A stretch of 59,745 nt of DNA, taken from positions 1-59,745 of the forward strand of contig JAZGDZ010000095.1 in the NCBI GenBank assembly GCA_036478235.1, written 5' to 3'. The notes under the pieces are model-generated. The model did no database searches. It was not told where the DNA came from and was given only the letters and a program-made list of their open reading frames with translations. The position numbers were made by a program, and so were the translations under genes. Positions 17,929 to 28,184 of this stretch are shown piece by piece (position 1 is the first letter of the stretch; every line of letters starts with the position of its first letter). The stretch is from Acidimicrobiia bacterium (GTDB lineage: Bacteria > Actinomycetota > Acidimicrobiia > Spongiisociales > UBA11373).

Positions 17929-18910
17929 AGGAAGGGCCGACTACGGGGACGTGACCGGCGAGTATCTGGCGGCCCGCTCGGGCCACGGGATCGTGTCCGG
18001 CTTCTCCGAGCTCGTCTGGGCCTCCGGCATCGACACCGTTTCTTTCCTCGACGGCCAGCTGAGCCAAGACGTCGTCGCCATGGGGGAAAGCACGGTGGCC
18101 CGGTCCCTCTTGCTGGAGCCGCGGGGAAAGTTGCTGGCGCTGCTCTGGCTGTTGCGCGGCCCTGACAGGGTCGGGCTCTTGGTGGGGGGCGGCGGGTCGA
18201 AGGGCCTCATCGAGGTACTGGAGCGGTTCAGGTTCAGGGTCGACGTCGAGTTCGAGGTCGACGAACGCCCCGTGATCGAAGTCTGGGGTAGCGACGCCGA
18301 GTCCACAGCCCTGCGGGCAGGATTCACGGTCGGAGACGGCTGGTCGGAACAAGGTGAAACGGTGACGGCCTCCATCCCCGGAACCCTGCGGCGAGTCGTG
18401 CTGCTGGGTGGCGACGAAACAGCATTGCAGGCGGCGGGAGCGCTTCGGGTGGGAGGCGTCGCCGCCGACACGGTCCGGATCGAGGCCGGGGAGCCCGTGA
18501 TGGGCCGCGACGTCGACGAGAGCACGATCCCCCAGGAGTCTGGTCTCGTCTCCGAGGCGGTGTCCTTCACCAAGGGTTGCTTCGTGGGCCAGGAGTTGGT
18601 GGCTCGAATCGACTCCAGGGGTCGGGTCAATCGCCGCCTGGCCGGCGTGGTGATCGGTACCAACATCGTGCCTCCGGTGGGAGCCGAGGTGGTGGTGGCC
18701 GACGACGTGGTGGGAACCCTCTCCACCGTCGGAGAGTCCCTGGCTCTCCGGGCTCCGGTGGCGCTGGCCATGGTGCATCGCAGTGCCGAGGCGGGGACCG
18801 AGGTCCAGATCCGTTGGCCGGAGGGCTCGACGGCGGCAACCGTGCGACAGCTGCCGCTCGATGACTTCTCAGGCATCTCACACTCTCCTAACACGATGAC
18901 CCGAAGCTGA
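17921..18910 (+). CDS. YgfZ/GcvT-family folate-binding protein
   Basis: FLDGQLSQDV and the SFTKGCFVGQE YgfZ signature. Confidence 0.88.
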   Translation: MSEGRADYGDVTGEYLAARSGHGIVSGFSELVWASGIDTVSFLDGQLSQDVVAMGESTVARSLLLEPRGKLLALLWLLRGPDRVGLLVGGGGSKGLIEVLERFRFRVDVEFEVDERPVIEVWGSDAESTALRAGFTVGDGWSEQGETVTASIPGTLRRVVLLGGDETALQAAGALRVGGVAADTVRIEAGEPVMGRDVDESTIPQESGLVSEAVSFTKGCFVGQELVARIDSRGRVNRRLAGVVIGTNIVPPVGAEVVVADDVVGTLSTVGESLALRAPVALAMVHRSAEAGTEVQIRWPEGSTAATVRQLPLDDFSGISHSPNTMTRS

Positions 18911-18936
18911 TCCCGACCGCACAGGAGCGCAACGCG

Positions 18937-19611
18937 ATGAACAACCGGGGAACGGTCGTTCTCATCGAGGACGAGGAGTCGATTGCCGACCTCGTGCAGA
19001 TGTACTTCGAGCAGGAGGGCTTCCGGCTCGTCCACGCCGCCGACGGGGAAAAGGGACTCGACGCCGTGCGGGATCGCGACCCGCGAGTGGTGCTCCTCGA
19101 TCTGGGGCTCCCCGGCATGGACGGAATCGAAGTCTGCCGCCGCATCCGGGCGATGTCCGACGTGCCGGTGATCATGCTCACCGCGCGTGACTCCGAAATC
19201 GACAAGATCGTGGGGCTCGAGATCGGCGCCGACGACTACGTGACCAAGCCTTTTTCACCACGGGAGCTGGTGGCGCGGGTCAGAGCGGTTCTGCGGCGGT
19301 CCGAGGAATCCCCGCGGGTGCCGTCGGTGATCGAGATCGAGGACTGGGCCATCGACTCAGGAAGGCGCGAGGTGCGTTCCTCCGACGGGAGCACGGTCAG
19401 GCCGACGGCGCGCGAGTTCGACCTGCTGTGGTACCTGAGCGAGAACGCCGGCCTCGTCCTCAGCCGGGGACAGATCCTGGAGGCGGTCTGGGGGTACGAG
19501 TACTTTGGTGAGACGCGCACGGTGGATGTTCACATCCGCCAGCTGCGTAAGAAGCTCGAAGGCATCCCGATCGAGACGGTCTGGGGCGTCGGCTACCGGC
19601 TGGGGGCCTGA
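18937..19611 (+). CDS. OmpR-family response regulator
   Basis: Receiver IEDE / LLDLGLPGMDG / KPF plus winged helix RTVDVHIRQLRKK, TVWGVGY. Confidence 0.95.
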   Translation: MNNRGTVVLIEDEESIADLVQMYFEQEGFRLVHAADGEKGLDAVRDRDPRVVLLDLGLPGMDGIEVCRRIRAMSDVPVIMLTARDSEIDKIVGLEIGADDYVTKPFSPRELVARVRAVLRRSEESPRVPSVIEIEDWAIDSGRREVRSSDGSTVRPTAREFDLLWYLSENAGLVLSRGQILEAVWGYEYFGETRTVDVHIRQLRKKLEGIPIETVWGVGYRLGA

Positions 19612-21017
19612 TGGGGCGGCGGTTCTTTTGGAGCATGGTCCTGGTGGCAGTCGTCACCCTGGCCATCGGGGGTTTGACCGCGGCTCTGCTCATCAACCGG
19701 TCGGTGGACCGATCGATCCGCGCCGAGTTCGCTCGGCAGGCCTCGGCCACCGCACGCATCATCGAGACCCGGTTCTTTGTCGAAGACGAAGCGGGGTCGG
19801 CCGGGGCAGTCGACGGACTCGGGGAGATCCTGGCGTTGGTGGGCTCCATCGGGGGGCACGACTACGTCGAAGCCGCACTGCTCACCCCGAGGGGCGAGCT
19901 CATATCACTCGGTGACCGAGAGCAGCTGCTGATCCATCAGATCCCCGAAACCGCCGACCTGAGCCACACCTTCAGGTTCGATGCCGAGATAGCCGGAGAG
20001 ACGGTGGCGGCGATCGCCCAGCCCTTCCGGATAGAGCGGCGGGGGACGCTCGTGGTCGTCATCGGCACCGATCTCGTGCTTATCCCCTGGGCCGATGTCC
20101 TGGCACGGTTCGCTTGGGCCATCGCTCTCGGAGTTCTCCTCGCGGCCGTGTTGGCAGGTGCGCTGGCCCGTCGGCTGTCGCGTCGGGTGGGTCCCCTACA
20201 GCAGGCTTCTCGCGAGATCGCAGACGGCGACTTCGGCACGAGGGTCGAGGAGACCGGATCGGACGAGATCACGGAGGTGGCCAGGGCGTTCAACGAGATG
20301 GCCGCCCAGTTGGAGGCGGTTCGAACCAGGGAGCGGGAGTTCCTCGTGGCAGTGAGCCACGACCTGCGAACCCCGCTGACGACGATCGCCGGTTACGCCG
20401 AGGCGATCCAGGAGGGGCGGGTGAACGAAGACGACCTCGACCGTGTCGCCGGAGTGCTGGGAACCGAATCCGGCAGGCTGCGACGCCTTGTCGAAGACCT
20501 CATGATGCTGTCGCGAATCGAGTCCAGGGAGTTCACGCTGCGGCCCGAGCCGGTCGATCTTGCGGCCCACCTGAAGGGTGTGCTGGAGGGTTTTCGGGAG
20601 CGAGCGGACTCGGCCAAGGTGGTTCTGGAGGAAGCGATCGAGCCGGTTGCGACCGTAGAGGTCGATCCGGACCGGGTGGCACAGGTCGTCGGCAACCTGC
20701 TGGAGAACGCGCTGCGTTATACCCCGGAGGCGGGGCGTGTCGTGCTGGGCTTGAGCGAGATCGAGCAGGGGGTTCGGATCTCGGTCGCCGACACCGGACC
20801 CGGCATAGACCAGGTGGATCTTCCCCACATCTTCGAAAGGCTTTACGTGACGGCTCGGTACCGCCCGATTCGCCCTGAGGGCAGCGGCTTGGGGCTGTCG
20901 ATCGTGCGTGAGCTGGTGGATGCCATGGGAGGGTCGACCGATGTCGAAAGCGCCCCGGGGGAGGGGACTCGCATCTCGGTCGTTCTGCCGGGCCGACCCA
21001 CCGGGAAGGAGTCCTGA
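19611..21017 (+). CDS. Membrane sensor histidine kinase (HAMP-HisKA-HATPase)
   Basis: 2 TM, SHDLRTPL H-box, NLLENALRY, DTGPGI, GSGLGLSI. Confidence 0.95.
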   Translation: MGRRFFWSMVLVAVVTLAIGGLTAALLINRSVDRSIRAEFARQASATARIIETRFFVEDEAGSAGAVDGLGEILALVGSIGGHDYVEAALLTPRGELISLGDREQLLIHQIPETADLSHTFRFDAEIAGETVAAIAQPFRIERRGTLVVVIGTDLVLIPWADVLARFAWAIALGVLLAAVLAGALARRLSRRVGPLQQASREIADGDFGTRVEETGSDEITEVARAFNEMAAQLEAVRTREREFLVAVSHDLRTPLTTIAGYAEAIQEGRVNEDDLDRVAGVLGTESGRLRRLVEDLMMLSRIESREFTLRPEPVDLAAHLKGVLEGFRERADSAKVVLEEAIEPVATVEVDPDRVAQVVGNLLENALRYTPEAGRVVLGLSEIEQGVRISVADTGPGIDQVDLPHIFERLYVTARYRPIRPEGSGLGLSIVRELVDAMGGSTDVESAPGEGTRISVVLPGRPTGKES

Positions 21018-21028
21018 CAGCTCCTACG

Positions 21029-21802
21029 ATGGGAGGCGTGCTCGATGCGATTCTCGCCAGTGCCCGGGCTCGCCTGCCACGCCTCCTGGTCGAAGCCGAT
21101 GCGCTTTCGGCCGCCGCGGCTCGGGCGCCGGCTTCGCGGGACTTCGCGGCGCCGCTGCGCGGGTCGCACTTGGGGGTGATTGCCGAGATGAAGCGACGGT
21201 CGCCATCGGCGGGTCCGATCGCCCCCGATCTCGTGCCCGAAGACCTGGCTGCCGACTACCGGCGGGGCGGCGCCTCCGCCATGTCGGTCCTTACGGAACA
21301 GGAATTCTTCGGGGGGAGCCTGGCGGATCTGGAGGCCGTGCGCCGCCGGGTCGAGACCCCCGTGCTGCGCAAGGACTTCATCATCCACGAGGTACAGATC
21401 GATGAGTCGCGGGCCGCTGGCGCCGACGCCGTGCTGCTGATCGTGTCCGCCTTGGAAGAGTCGGATCTGGCGGCATTGGTGAGTCGCACGGCGGACGGTG
21501 GGATGACCGCCATGGTCGAGGCCCACGACGCCGATGAGGTGCGCCGGGCTATCGACGCCGGGGCGTCGGTGGTGGGGGTGAACAACCGGGACCTGAAGAC
21601 CTTTGGGGTCGATCTCGGGACCGCCGAGCGGCTGCGCACCCTCATCCCCGACGAGGTGGTGGCGGTCGCCGAGAGCGGCATTCGCGGACCCGAGGATGCT
21701 CTTCGAATGGCGGCGGCAGGGTTCGATGCGATCTTGGTCGGGCAGGCGGCGGTCCAGTCGGGGGACCCGGCGGCCTTCATCGCCTCGCTCGGGTCGCCAT
21801 GA
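21029..21802 (+). CDS. trpC: Indole-3-glycerol phosphate synthase
   Basis: [32 protein letters not shown]. Confidence 0.95.
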   Translation: MGGVLDAILASARARLPRLLVEADALSAAAARAPASRDFAAPLRGSHLGVIAEMKRRSPSAGPIAPDLVPEDLAADYRRGGASAMSVLTEQEFFGGSLADLEAVRRRVETPVLRKDFIIHEVQIDESRAAGADAVLLIVSALEESDLAALVSRTADGGMTAMVEAHDADEVRRAIDAGASVVGVNNRDLKTFGVDLGTAERLRTLIPDEVVAVAESGIRGPEDALRMAAAGFDAILVGQAAVQSGDPAAFIASLGSP

Positions 21803-22386
21803 GGACCTGGGTGAAGCTCTGCGGCATGCGGAGTGCCGATGACGTCGCTGCGGCGGCCGCGGCGGGTGCCGACGCCGTCGGTTTCGTGACCGCCGCCCGG
21901 TCCATGCGGAGCGTGACACCGCTGCAGGCTGCGGAGTTCGGAAGCGGAACCGCATTGGCGACGTTTCTCGTGACCGAGGACGAGTCGCCGGAGGCTCTGC
22001 TGCGTGCCGCCGCGGAGGCATCCGTAACGGGGGTTCAGCCGCACGGCCGGCATTCTCTCGCCGCGGCGACGGCGGCGTTGAGCGCCGGGCTCGAGGTGCT
22101 CTTCCCGATATCGGTGGTCCCCGGCGTCGACTTCGATGGGACCCCTGTCGGAGGACTCCCTCTCCTCGACGCACCGACGTGGGGCGGTGGCGTTGGGTTT
22201 GACCACTCGCTGATTCCCCAGGGTCTGGGCCGGTTCGTTCTTGCCGGAGGCCTCAGGGCGAGCAACGTCGCCGAAGCGGTGCGGACCGTGCGGCCCTACG
22301 GTGTCGACGTGTCTTCGGGAATCGAGAGGGAGCCCGGTGTCAAGGATCCCCAGCTGATGCGAGAATTCGTGGGGGCGGCGCGATGA
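21799..22386 (+). CDS. trpF: Phosphoribosylanthranilate isomerase
   Basis: [28 protein letters not shown]. Confidence 0.92.
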   Translation: MRTWVKLCGMRSADDVAAAAAAGADAVGFVTAARSMRSVTPLQAAEFGSGTALATFLVTEDESPEALLRAAAEASVTGVQPHGRHSLAAATAALSAGLEVLFPISVVPGVDFDGTPVGGLPLLDAPTWGGGVGFDHSLIPQGLGRFVLAGGLRASNVAEAVRTVRPYGVDVSSGIEREPGVKDPQLMREFVGAAR

Positions 22387-23558
22387 CCATGGCCGAGCGT
22401 CCCGACTCCTCTGGCCGGTTCGGGGAGTTTGGAGGTCGCTTCGCTCCCGAAACGCTGATGCCTGCTTTGGAGGAGCTGGAGCGCGAGTTCGCCACCGCCT
22501 GGGCCGACTCGGATTACCGCAGGGAGCTGGCCGACCTGCTGCGGGATTTCGTCGGGCGGCCGACTCCGCTCTACGAGGCCCATCGGCTTTCGGCCGAGCT
22601 CGGAATCCGCCTTCTGCTCAAGCGCGAGGATCTGGCCCACACGGGGGCACACAAGATCAACAACACCGTCGGCCAGGCCCTTCTGGCGCAGCGCATGGGC
22701 AAGCCTCGGGTCATCGCCGAAACGGGCGCCGGCCAGCACGGGGTGGCGACGGCGGCGGCGTGCGCCCTCCTCGGGCTGGAGTGTGAGGTGTTCATGGGAG
22801 CCGTCGACATGGAGCGTCAGGCCCTCAACGTGGAGCGGATGGGGATGCTGGGAAGCCGGGTGACTCCGGTGACGACCGGAGCGGGGACGCTCAAGGACGC
22901 AGTGAGTGCCGCCCTGCGGGACTGGGTGGCGACCGTCGAGACGACCCACTACGTCATAGGGTCCGTCGTCGGGCCCCATCCCTTCCCGTGGATCGTGCGC
23001 CAGCTGCAGCGAATCATCGGTGACGAGACACTCGCCCAGCTCGGCGACACCACGCCCGACGTCATAGTCGCTTGCGTCGGCGGGGGTTCCAACTCGATCG
23101 GGATGTTCTATCCATTCGTCGGCAGCGGAGTCGACCTGGTCGGTGTGGAAGCAGGCGGCCGGGGTTTGGAGTCGGGCGAGCATGGTGCCTCCCTCATCGC
23201 CGGATCGCCCGGAGTGCTGCACGGAGCATTTACCTACATGCTGCAGGACGACGAGGGTCAGGTCCTCGAAGCCCACTCGATCAGCGCCGGGCTCGACTAC
23301 CCGGGTGTCGGCCCCGAGCATGCCCACTTCAAGTCGGAGGGCCTGGCGCGCTACGACTCGGTAACGGACGCCGAGGCGCTCGAGGGCATGGACCTGCTGT
23401 CGCGCACCGAGGGCATCATCCCGGCTCTGGAACCGAGCCACGCCCTCGCCTGGATATCCCGGGAGCGGAAGTCGCTGCGCGGCATGACGGTGGTGCTCTG
23501 TCTCAGCGGCCGGGGAGACAAGGACTTGGATCAAGTGTCGGCCGTGAGGGCGTCGTGA
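22383..23558 (+). CDS. trpB: Tryptophan synthase beta chain
   Basis: [39 protein letters not shown]. Confidence 0.97.
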   Translation: MTMAERPDSSGRFGEFGGRFAPETLMPALEELEREFATAWADSDYRRELADLLRDFVGRPTPLYEAHRLSAELGIRLLLKREDLAHTGAHKINNTVGQALLAQRMGKPRVIAETGAGQHGVATAAACALLGLECEVFMGAVDMERQALNVERMGMLGSRVTPVTTGAGTLKDAVSAALRDWVATVETTHYVIGSVVGPHPFPWIVRQLQRIIGDETLAQLGDTTPDVIVACVGGGSNSIGMFYPFVGSGVDLVGVEAGGRGLESGEHGASLIAGSPGVLHGAFTYMLQDDEGQVLEAHSISAGLDYPGVGPEHAHFKSEGLARYDSVTDAEALEGMDLLSRTEGIIPALEPSHALAWISRERKSLRGMTVVLCLSGRGDKDLDQVSAVRAS

Positions 23559-24352
23559 GATTCGAGGAGATCCTCAGCGACTCCAGGAAAGAAGGCCGCG
23601 CCGCCTTGTTTCCGTATCTGATGTGCGGGATCCCCGATGCCGCAGCAACGGTCGGGTTGTTCGAGGCCATGGCGGATGCAGGAGCCGACGGGTTCGAGGT
23701 CGGGATTCCCTACTCCGATCCGCTCATGGACGGCCCGATCATCCAGAAGGCCGGGGCACGCGCTTTGTCCGCCGGCATGACGTTGCACAAGGGCCTCGAA
23801 CTCACGGAGCGGGTCGCGGCCTCCACCGGACTGCCCTGTGCGGTCATGACCTACGTCAACCCGATCCTGCGCGCCGGGCTCGAGCGTTTTGCCGCCGACG
23901 TCGCCGCATCCGGGGCCTCCGCCGTCATCGCGGCCGATCTTCCGGTCGACGAATCCGACGAAATAGGAGAGGCTCTCGGCGCGGTGGGAGTGGGGTTGGT
24001 CCAATTCGCCGCCCCCACGACGACCGATGCCCGTCTCGACCTGGTGGTCGAGAGAGCCTCTCCATTCGTATACGGGATCGCCGAGATGGGTGTGACCGGA
24101 GAGCGAGACGGGTCGACCAGCAGGGCGGCAGAGCTGGCGTCCCGCGTCAAGGAGCGCAGCGACATCCCGCTCGTGATCGGTGTCGGTATCTCCGGCCCCG
24201 ACCAGGCACGGGTGGCGGCCGGCGTCGCCGACGGAGTGATCGTCGGCTCGGCGATCGTGCGCCGGGTGCTGGAGGCAGAGAGCACCGCCGCGGCGTGCGG
24301 TGCGATCGCCGGGTTGGTCGCTGACTTGGCGAAGGCGGTTAGGCCTAGCTAG
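23555..24352 (+). CDS. trpA: Tryptophan synthase alpha chain
   Basis: [30 protein letters not shown]; GTGA overlap with trpB. Confidence 0.95.
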   Translation: MRFEEILSDSRKEGRAALFPYLMCGIPDAAATVGLFEAMADAGADGFEVGIPYSDPLMDGPIIQKAGARALSAGMTLHKGLELTERVAASTGLPCAVMTYVNPILRAGLERFAADVAASGASAVIAADLPVDESDEIGEALGAVGVGLVQFAAPTTTDARLDLVVERASPFVYGIAEMGVTGERDGSTSRAAELASRVKERSDIPLVIGVGISGPDQARVAAGVADGVIVGSAIVRRVLEAESTAAACGAIAGLVADLAKAVRPS

Positions 24353-24360
24353 GTATTAGG
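24350..24360. repeat. Left part of a TAGG/CCTAA heptamer array split by the IS
   Basis: TAGGTATTAGG continues after the IS as ATTAGGTATTAG (25771-25782). Confidence 0.6.
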
Positions 24361-25770
24361 GGTGAACCTTCAGGACATCGCTGACGGTTGTTAGGGGGTT
24401 TATGACCTTCAGGACATCGTTCACACGTGGTGGAGGAGGCTGTGTTCGGCGGGCGGGTAGTAGCCGTTGGTGACGGGCTGGTTGATCGGGTAGTTGTAGG
24501 TGACGGCGGGTTGGCCTTGATGGCCGATGGTGAGGGTCTTGTTGCCGGTGGTGATGGTGGCGGTAACGAGTCCACCGACAGGAACGCTGCGAGGGACGGC
24601 CCAGTTGGTGCGGGCGAGGCTGATGGTGCGTTCTGCGGTGACGTGACGTAGGTAGGTGACGCGTCCTGCGGCCAGGGGGACGGTGAGTTGTTGTTTGTGG
24701 TTGAGATGGTCAGCGATGGTCATGTCGGGTGGCCAGCGCAGCTGGTCGCGGTGGGCGGCGATCAGTTCAGCGGGGTATCGGGTGCCGCATTCTTGGGGGT
24801 TGAGGACGGGTCGTCGATGGTTGAACCACCAACAGGCCCGGTTAGAGCCGACGCGGAGCTCTTCGAGATTGTTGAAGTGCTGGGACCAGATGGTGCGTTG
24901 CTGCCATAGATGGTTGACGGCTTCGATGTGGTTGGTCCATCCGTGGACGCCTGGTGGAGCGATGATCACTTCGACCCCGAAGAACAGGCAGGCTCGGGTC
25001 CAAGCGGTGAACGGGTTGTCACGATGAGTGGTGCCAACAAAGGCGTTGTCGGTGCCTATGGCCAACGGGATCGACAGCTTCGGCCATGCCTTTTCGATGA
25101 GGAACCCCACCGCGGTGAGGATCCTGCGGTCGAGGTATTGACCTGAGGTGATCCCGTGGGAACCAACATCGCCGATCTGCAGCGACTGGAAGCGGATCCC
25201 GCCTTTGAGGTATCGGTCTTGAATCCAGTCGGCTTGTTGCCACACGCCTGGTGTGGTGACCGCAGGCAACGGCAACTTGATATCACTACGCGCCGCTGAA
25301 TCGACGTGGCGGGTCTTGCCGGCCCGCCGCAGGATCCGCTCGATCGTCGAGATCGACGGCAACGGGTCAGAACCCCTGCGTTCCATCGTCGCCAGGATCG
25401 ATAGTGCCCCAACGTTGGCGACCGGGTCATCCTCCAAATCAGCACGGATCTCGAGCACCCGAGACGTGACGCTGTGCGGCATCGCTTGATCGTGACGCTT
25501 CGGAGCCCGGGATCGGTCTCGGAGCCCAGCCTCACCGTCAGCTTCGAAACGTCGCAGCCACTTGTGGACCCATTCACGCGACCGGTTCACCCGGCGAGCC
25601 GTCTCCGCCTTCGACACCCCGGCACCGACCAGCTCCACTGCACGCAGCCGATGCTCGTACTCGCTTCCAAACACATCTGCCACAGACCCTCCCAAACAGG
25701 CTGGGAAGATCATCCAATGTGTCAGCGATGTGCTGAAGGAAACGTGTCAGCGATGTCCTGAAGGCGCTCC
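24361..25770 (-). mobile_element. IS481-family insertion sequence, 1410 bp
   Basis: Inverted ends GGTGAACCTTCAGGACATCGCTGAC / GTCAGCGATGTCCTGAAGGCGCTCC with a second internal copy at each end; 6-bp target duplication ATTAGG (24355-24360, 25771-25776). Confidence 0.9.
24421..25683 (-). CDS. IS481-family DDE transposase
   Basis: HTH (SKAETARRVNRSREWVHKWLRRF), second HTH, D (WQQADW), D (GTDNA), E (NHIEAVN); GGGAGG upstream of GTG 25683. Confidence 0.88.
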   Translation of the reverse strand: MADVFGSEYEHRLRAVELVGAGVSKAETARRVNRSREWVHKWLRRFEADGEAGLRDRSRAPKRHDQAMPHSVTSRVLEIRADLEDDPVANVGALSILATMERRGSDPLPSISTIERILRRAGKTRHVDSAARSDIKLPLPAVTTPGVWQQADWIQDRYLKGGIRFQSLQIGDVGSHGITSGQYLDRRILTAVGFLIEKAWPKLSIPLAIGTDNAFVGTTHRDNPFTAWTRACLFFGVEVIIAPPGVHGWTNHIEAVNHLWQQRTIWSQHFNNLEELRVGSNRACWWFNHRRPVLNPQECGTRYPAELIAAHRDQLRWPPDMTIADHLNHKQQLTVPLAAGRVTYLRHVTAERTISLARTNWAVPRSVPVGGLVTATITTGNKTLTIGHQGQPAVTYNYPINQPVTNGYYPPAEHSLLHHV

Positions 25771-25820
25771 ATTAGGTATTAGAGGTATTGGCCTAACTCC
25801 TAACTCCTAACTCCTAACCT
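25771..25820. repeat. Inverted heptamer array (TAGGTAT)n...(CCTAACT)4
   Basis: CCTAACT x3 plus CCTAACC at 25792-25819, preceded by complementary TTAGG units. Confidence 0.85.
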
Positions 25821-25827
25821 CTTTTTC

Positions 25828-27525
25828 ATGGACTTCCTTCGCGTCGCCGGCGCCCAGATCAACCTCACCGTCGGCGACATCGACGGCAACACCGGCAAGA
25901 TCCTCGATGCCATCCGATGGGCCGAGGAGTGCCAGGCCGATGTCGTGCTCTTTCCCGAACTGGCGATCCCCGGCTATCCGCCCGAGGACCTGGTCCTCAG
26001 GGAGGCCTTCATACGTGACAACATCTCCGCTCTCCACGATCTGGCATTGCACTCCGGAGAGACGGCCGCGGTCGTGGGATTCGTCGACCGAGGCGCCGGA
26101 GGGCGGGACGACGCCGGGCACTCCAGGGTCCACAACGCGGCAGCCCTCATCGCCGGCGGCGGCTTGCGCGGGGTTTACCACAAGGGTCTACTCCCCAATT
26201 ACGGGGTTTTCGACGAGGATCGGTACTTCGTCGCCGGGCAGGCGCCTTCGGCGATCTGGGGGTTGAACGGGGTCGCCGCTGGTGTCTCGGTGTGTGAGGA
26301 CATCTGGGTGCCCGACGGTCCGCCGGCGGATCAGGCGGCAGCCGGCGCCGAGATACTGCTCAACATCAACGGCTCTCCATACCACCGTGGCAAGGGGACC
26401 GAGCGAGAGGCGCTGCTGGCGACGCGGGCTCGTCAGGCCGGGCTGCCGCTGGTCTATCTCAACCTCGTCGGGGGCCAGGACGAGCTGGTGTTCGACGGAC
26501 AGAGCATGGTCTTCGATGGGTCGGGGGATCTGATGTACCGGGCGGCTCAGTTCGAAGAGGAGCTGTTCTGGGTGGACGTGCCGCTTCCCGATTCCGACTC
26601 CGCCGAGCCGACGATGACGCGGGTGACGAACGGTGATCTACTCGACGGCGATCCCGAGCCGCCTCCGCCTCCGCACGAGCCGTTGGCGGAGTCCGAGGAG
26701 GTCTACCGGGCGCTTTGCCTCGGCCTGGAGGACTACGTGCGCAAGACCGGGTTCAACGGGGTGGTGATCGGTCTGTCGGGGGGGATCGATTCGGCGCTCA
26801 CAGCGGCGATCGCGGCGGATGCTCTTGGTCCGGATTCGGTGCGAGGGGTGACGATGCCGAGCCGCTACAGCAGCGAGGGATCGGTGAACGACTCCCGTAC
26901 CCTCGCGGCGAATCTGGGAATCACCTTCGATGAGATCTCCATCGAGCCTCCCTTCTCAGGATTCCTCGAGGCGCTGGGAGCTTCTTTCGAGCTGGCCGAT
27001 GTGGATGTCGCCGAGCAGAATCTCCAGGCACGGGTGCGGGGGGCACTCCTCATGGCGTTGTCGAACAAGTTCGGGGGGATCGTCGTCGCCACCGGAAACA
27101 AGTCGGAAATGAGCGTCGGCTATGCCACGCTCTACGGCGACATGGTCGGTGGGTACGCCGTGCTCAAGGACGTATCCAAGACGCTCGTTTACGAGCTGGC
27201 CACCTGGCGCAACCGCGATGGCGAGGTCATCCCACTGGAAATCATCGACAAGCCTCCCTCGGCCGAGTTGAAGCCTGATCAGAGGGACACCGATTCCCTG
27301 CCCCCATACTCGGTACTGGATCCGATCCTGGAGCGCTATGTAGAGGACGATGCGTCGATCGACGCGATCGTGAAGGAGGGGTTCGACCGAAGCGTGGTCG
27401 AGAAGGTGGCCCGGATGGTCGATCGCAACGAGTACAAGCGGCGCCAGGCGGCGCCGGGTGTCAAGATCACCACCAAGAGCCTGGACCGCGACCGCCGCCT
27501 TCCCATCGTCAACGGGTACGAATAG
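25828..27525 (+). CDS. nadE: Glutamine-dependent NAD+ synthetase
   Basis: Nitrilase-fold domain (FPEL, HKGLLPNYGVFDE, VCEDIW) plus GLSGGIDS, TGNKSE, KPPSAEL. Confidence 0.96.
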   Translation: MDFLRVAGAQINLTVGDIDGNTGKILDAIRWAEECQADVVLFPELAIPGYPPEDLVLREAFIRDNISALHDLALHSGETAAVVGFVDRGAGGRDDAGHSRVHNAAALIAGGGLRGVYHKGLLPNYGVFDEDRYFVAGQAPSAIWGLNGVAAGVSVCEDIWVPDGPPADQAAAGAEILLNINGSPYHRGKGTEREALLATRARQAGLPLVYLNLVGGQDELVFDGQSMVFDGSGDLMYRAAQFEEELFWVDVPLPDSDSAEPTMTRVTNGDLLDGDPEPPPPPHEPLAESEEVYRALCLGLEDYVRKTGFNGVVIGLSGGIDSALTAAIAADALGPDSVRGVTMPSRYSSEGSVNDSRTLAANLGITFDEISIEPPFSGFLEALGASFELADVDVAEQNLQARVRGALLMALSNKFGGIVVATGNKSEMSVGYATLYGDMVGGYAVLKDVSKTLVYELATWRNRDGEVIPLEIIDKPPSAELKPDQRDTDSLPPYSVLDPILERYVEDDASIDAIVKEGFDRSVVEKVARMVDRNEYKRRQAAPGVKITTKSLDRDRRLPIVNGYE

Positions 27526-27749
27526 CCGTTGGTCGTTGGGCCGACCGACGAACGAAGCGGGGACGGCCCCGACGGGGTTGGGGGCCCGCATCGGGGAGGA
27601 GGGCCGACCGTTTCCTTCTCGAGCCAGTTCGAGCTCTACTCATTCTCGAACTGCCTCTCAGTGGTGCCTCGCCAAGGCTCGGCGCCCTGTGCTACGCCTG
27701 TTCTGGATCGGCCTTGCCGGTCCAGAAGTCGGCCCGGGCAGGGGCACGG

Positions 27750-27832
27750 TGCCGGGAGAGGGATTCGAACCCACACGGGCTTGCGCCCAACGGATTTTGA
27801 GTCCGTCGCGTCTGCCATTCCGCCACCCCGGC
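27750..27832 (-). tRNA. tRNA-Leu(CAA), CCA not encoded
   Basis: Acceptor GCCGGGG/CCCGGC-A, anticodon arm ACGGA-CTCAAAA-TCCGT, long variable arm, GGTTCGAATCC. Confidence 0.95.
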
Positions 27833-27878
27833 GCAGTCCGATGATAAGGCGCCCCTGTGGGCATGGCATCCTGCTGCC

Positions 27879-28160
27879 ATGGGACGTCTGGAGCGGCGCA
27901 TCTTCAAACTCAACGACGAGGTCGCCCGGCTCGGGGACGAGTTGCATAGGGGGCTCGCCGAACTCGATGTCCACCGGCATCTGGCCGACGACGCCGCCCG
28001 AGATGCTGCCGTCTCCGAGTCTCCGCTGGACCGCGAGGACGAGCGCGAGACCGGCAGCGACGTGGCCCGCTTCGAGCGACTGGTCGAACATCTCCGGCGC
28101 AGGATCGCGACGACCGAAGACAAGCGCGACCGGCTTCTGCAGAGACTCGGCGGACCCTGA
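27879..28160 (+). CDS. Small coiled-coil hypothetical protein (93 aa)
   Basis: Charged heptad-like pattern; CATCCT 6 nt before ATG; directly upstream of polA. Confidence 0.75.
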   Translation: MGRLERRIFKLNDEVARLGDELHRGLAELDVHRHLADDAARDAAVSESPLDREDERETGSDVARFERLVEHLRRRIATTEDKRDRLLQRLGGP

Positions 28161-28184
28161 CACCCGACACCTAATCTCCCAGGT

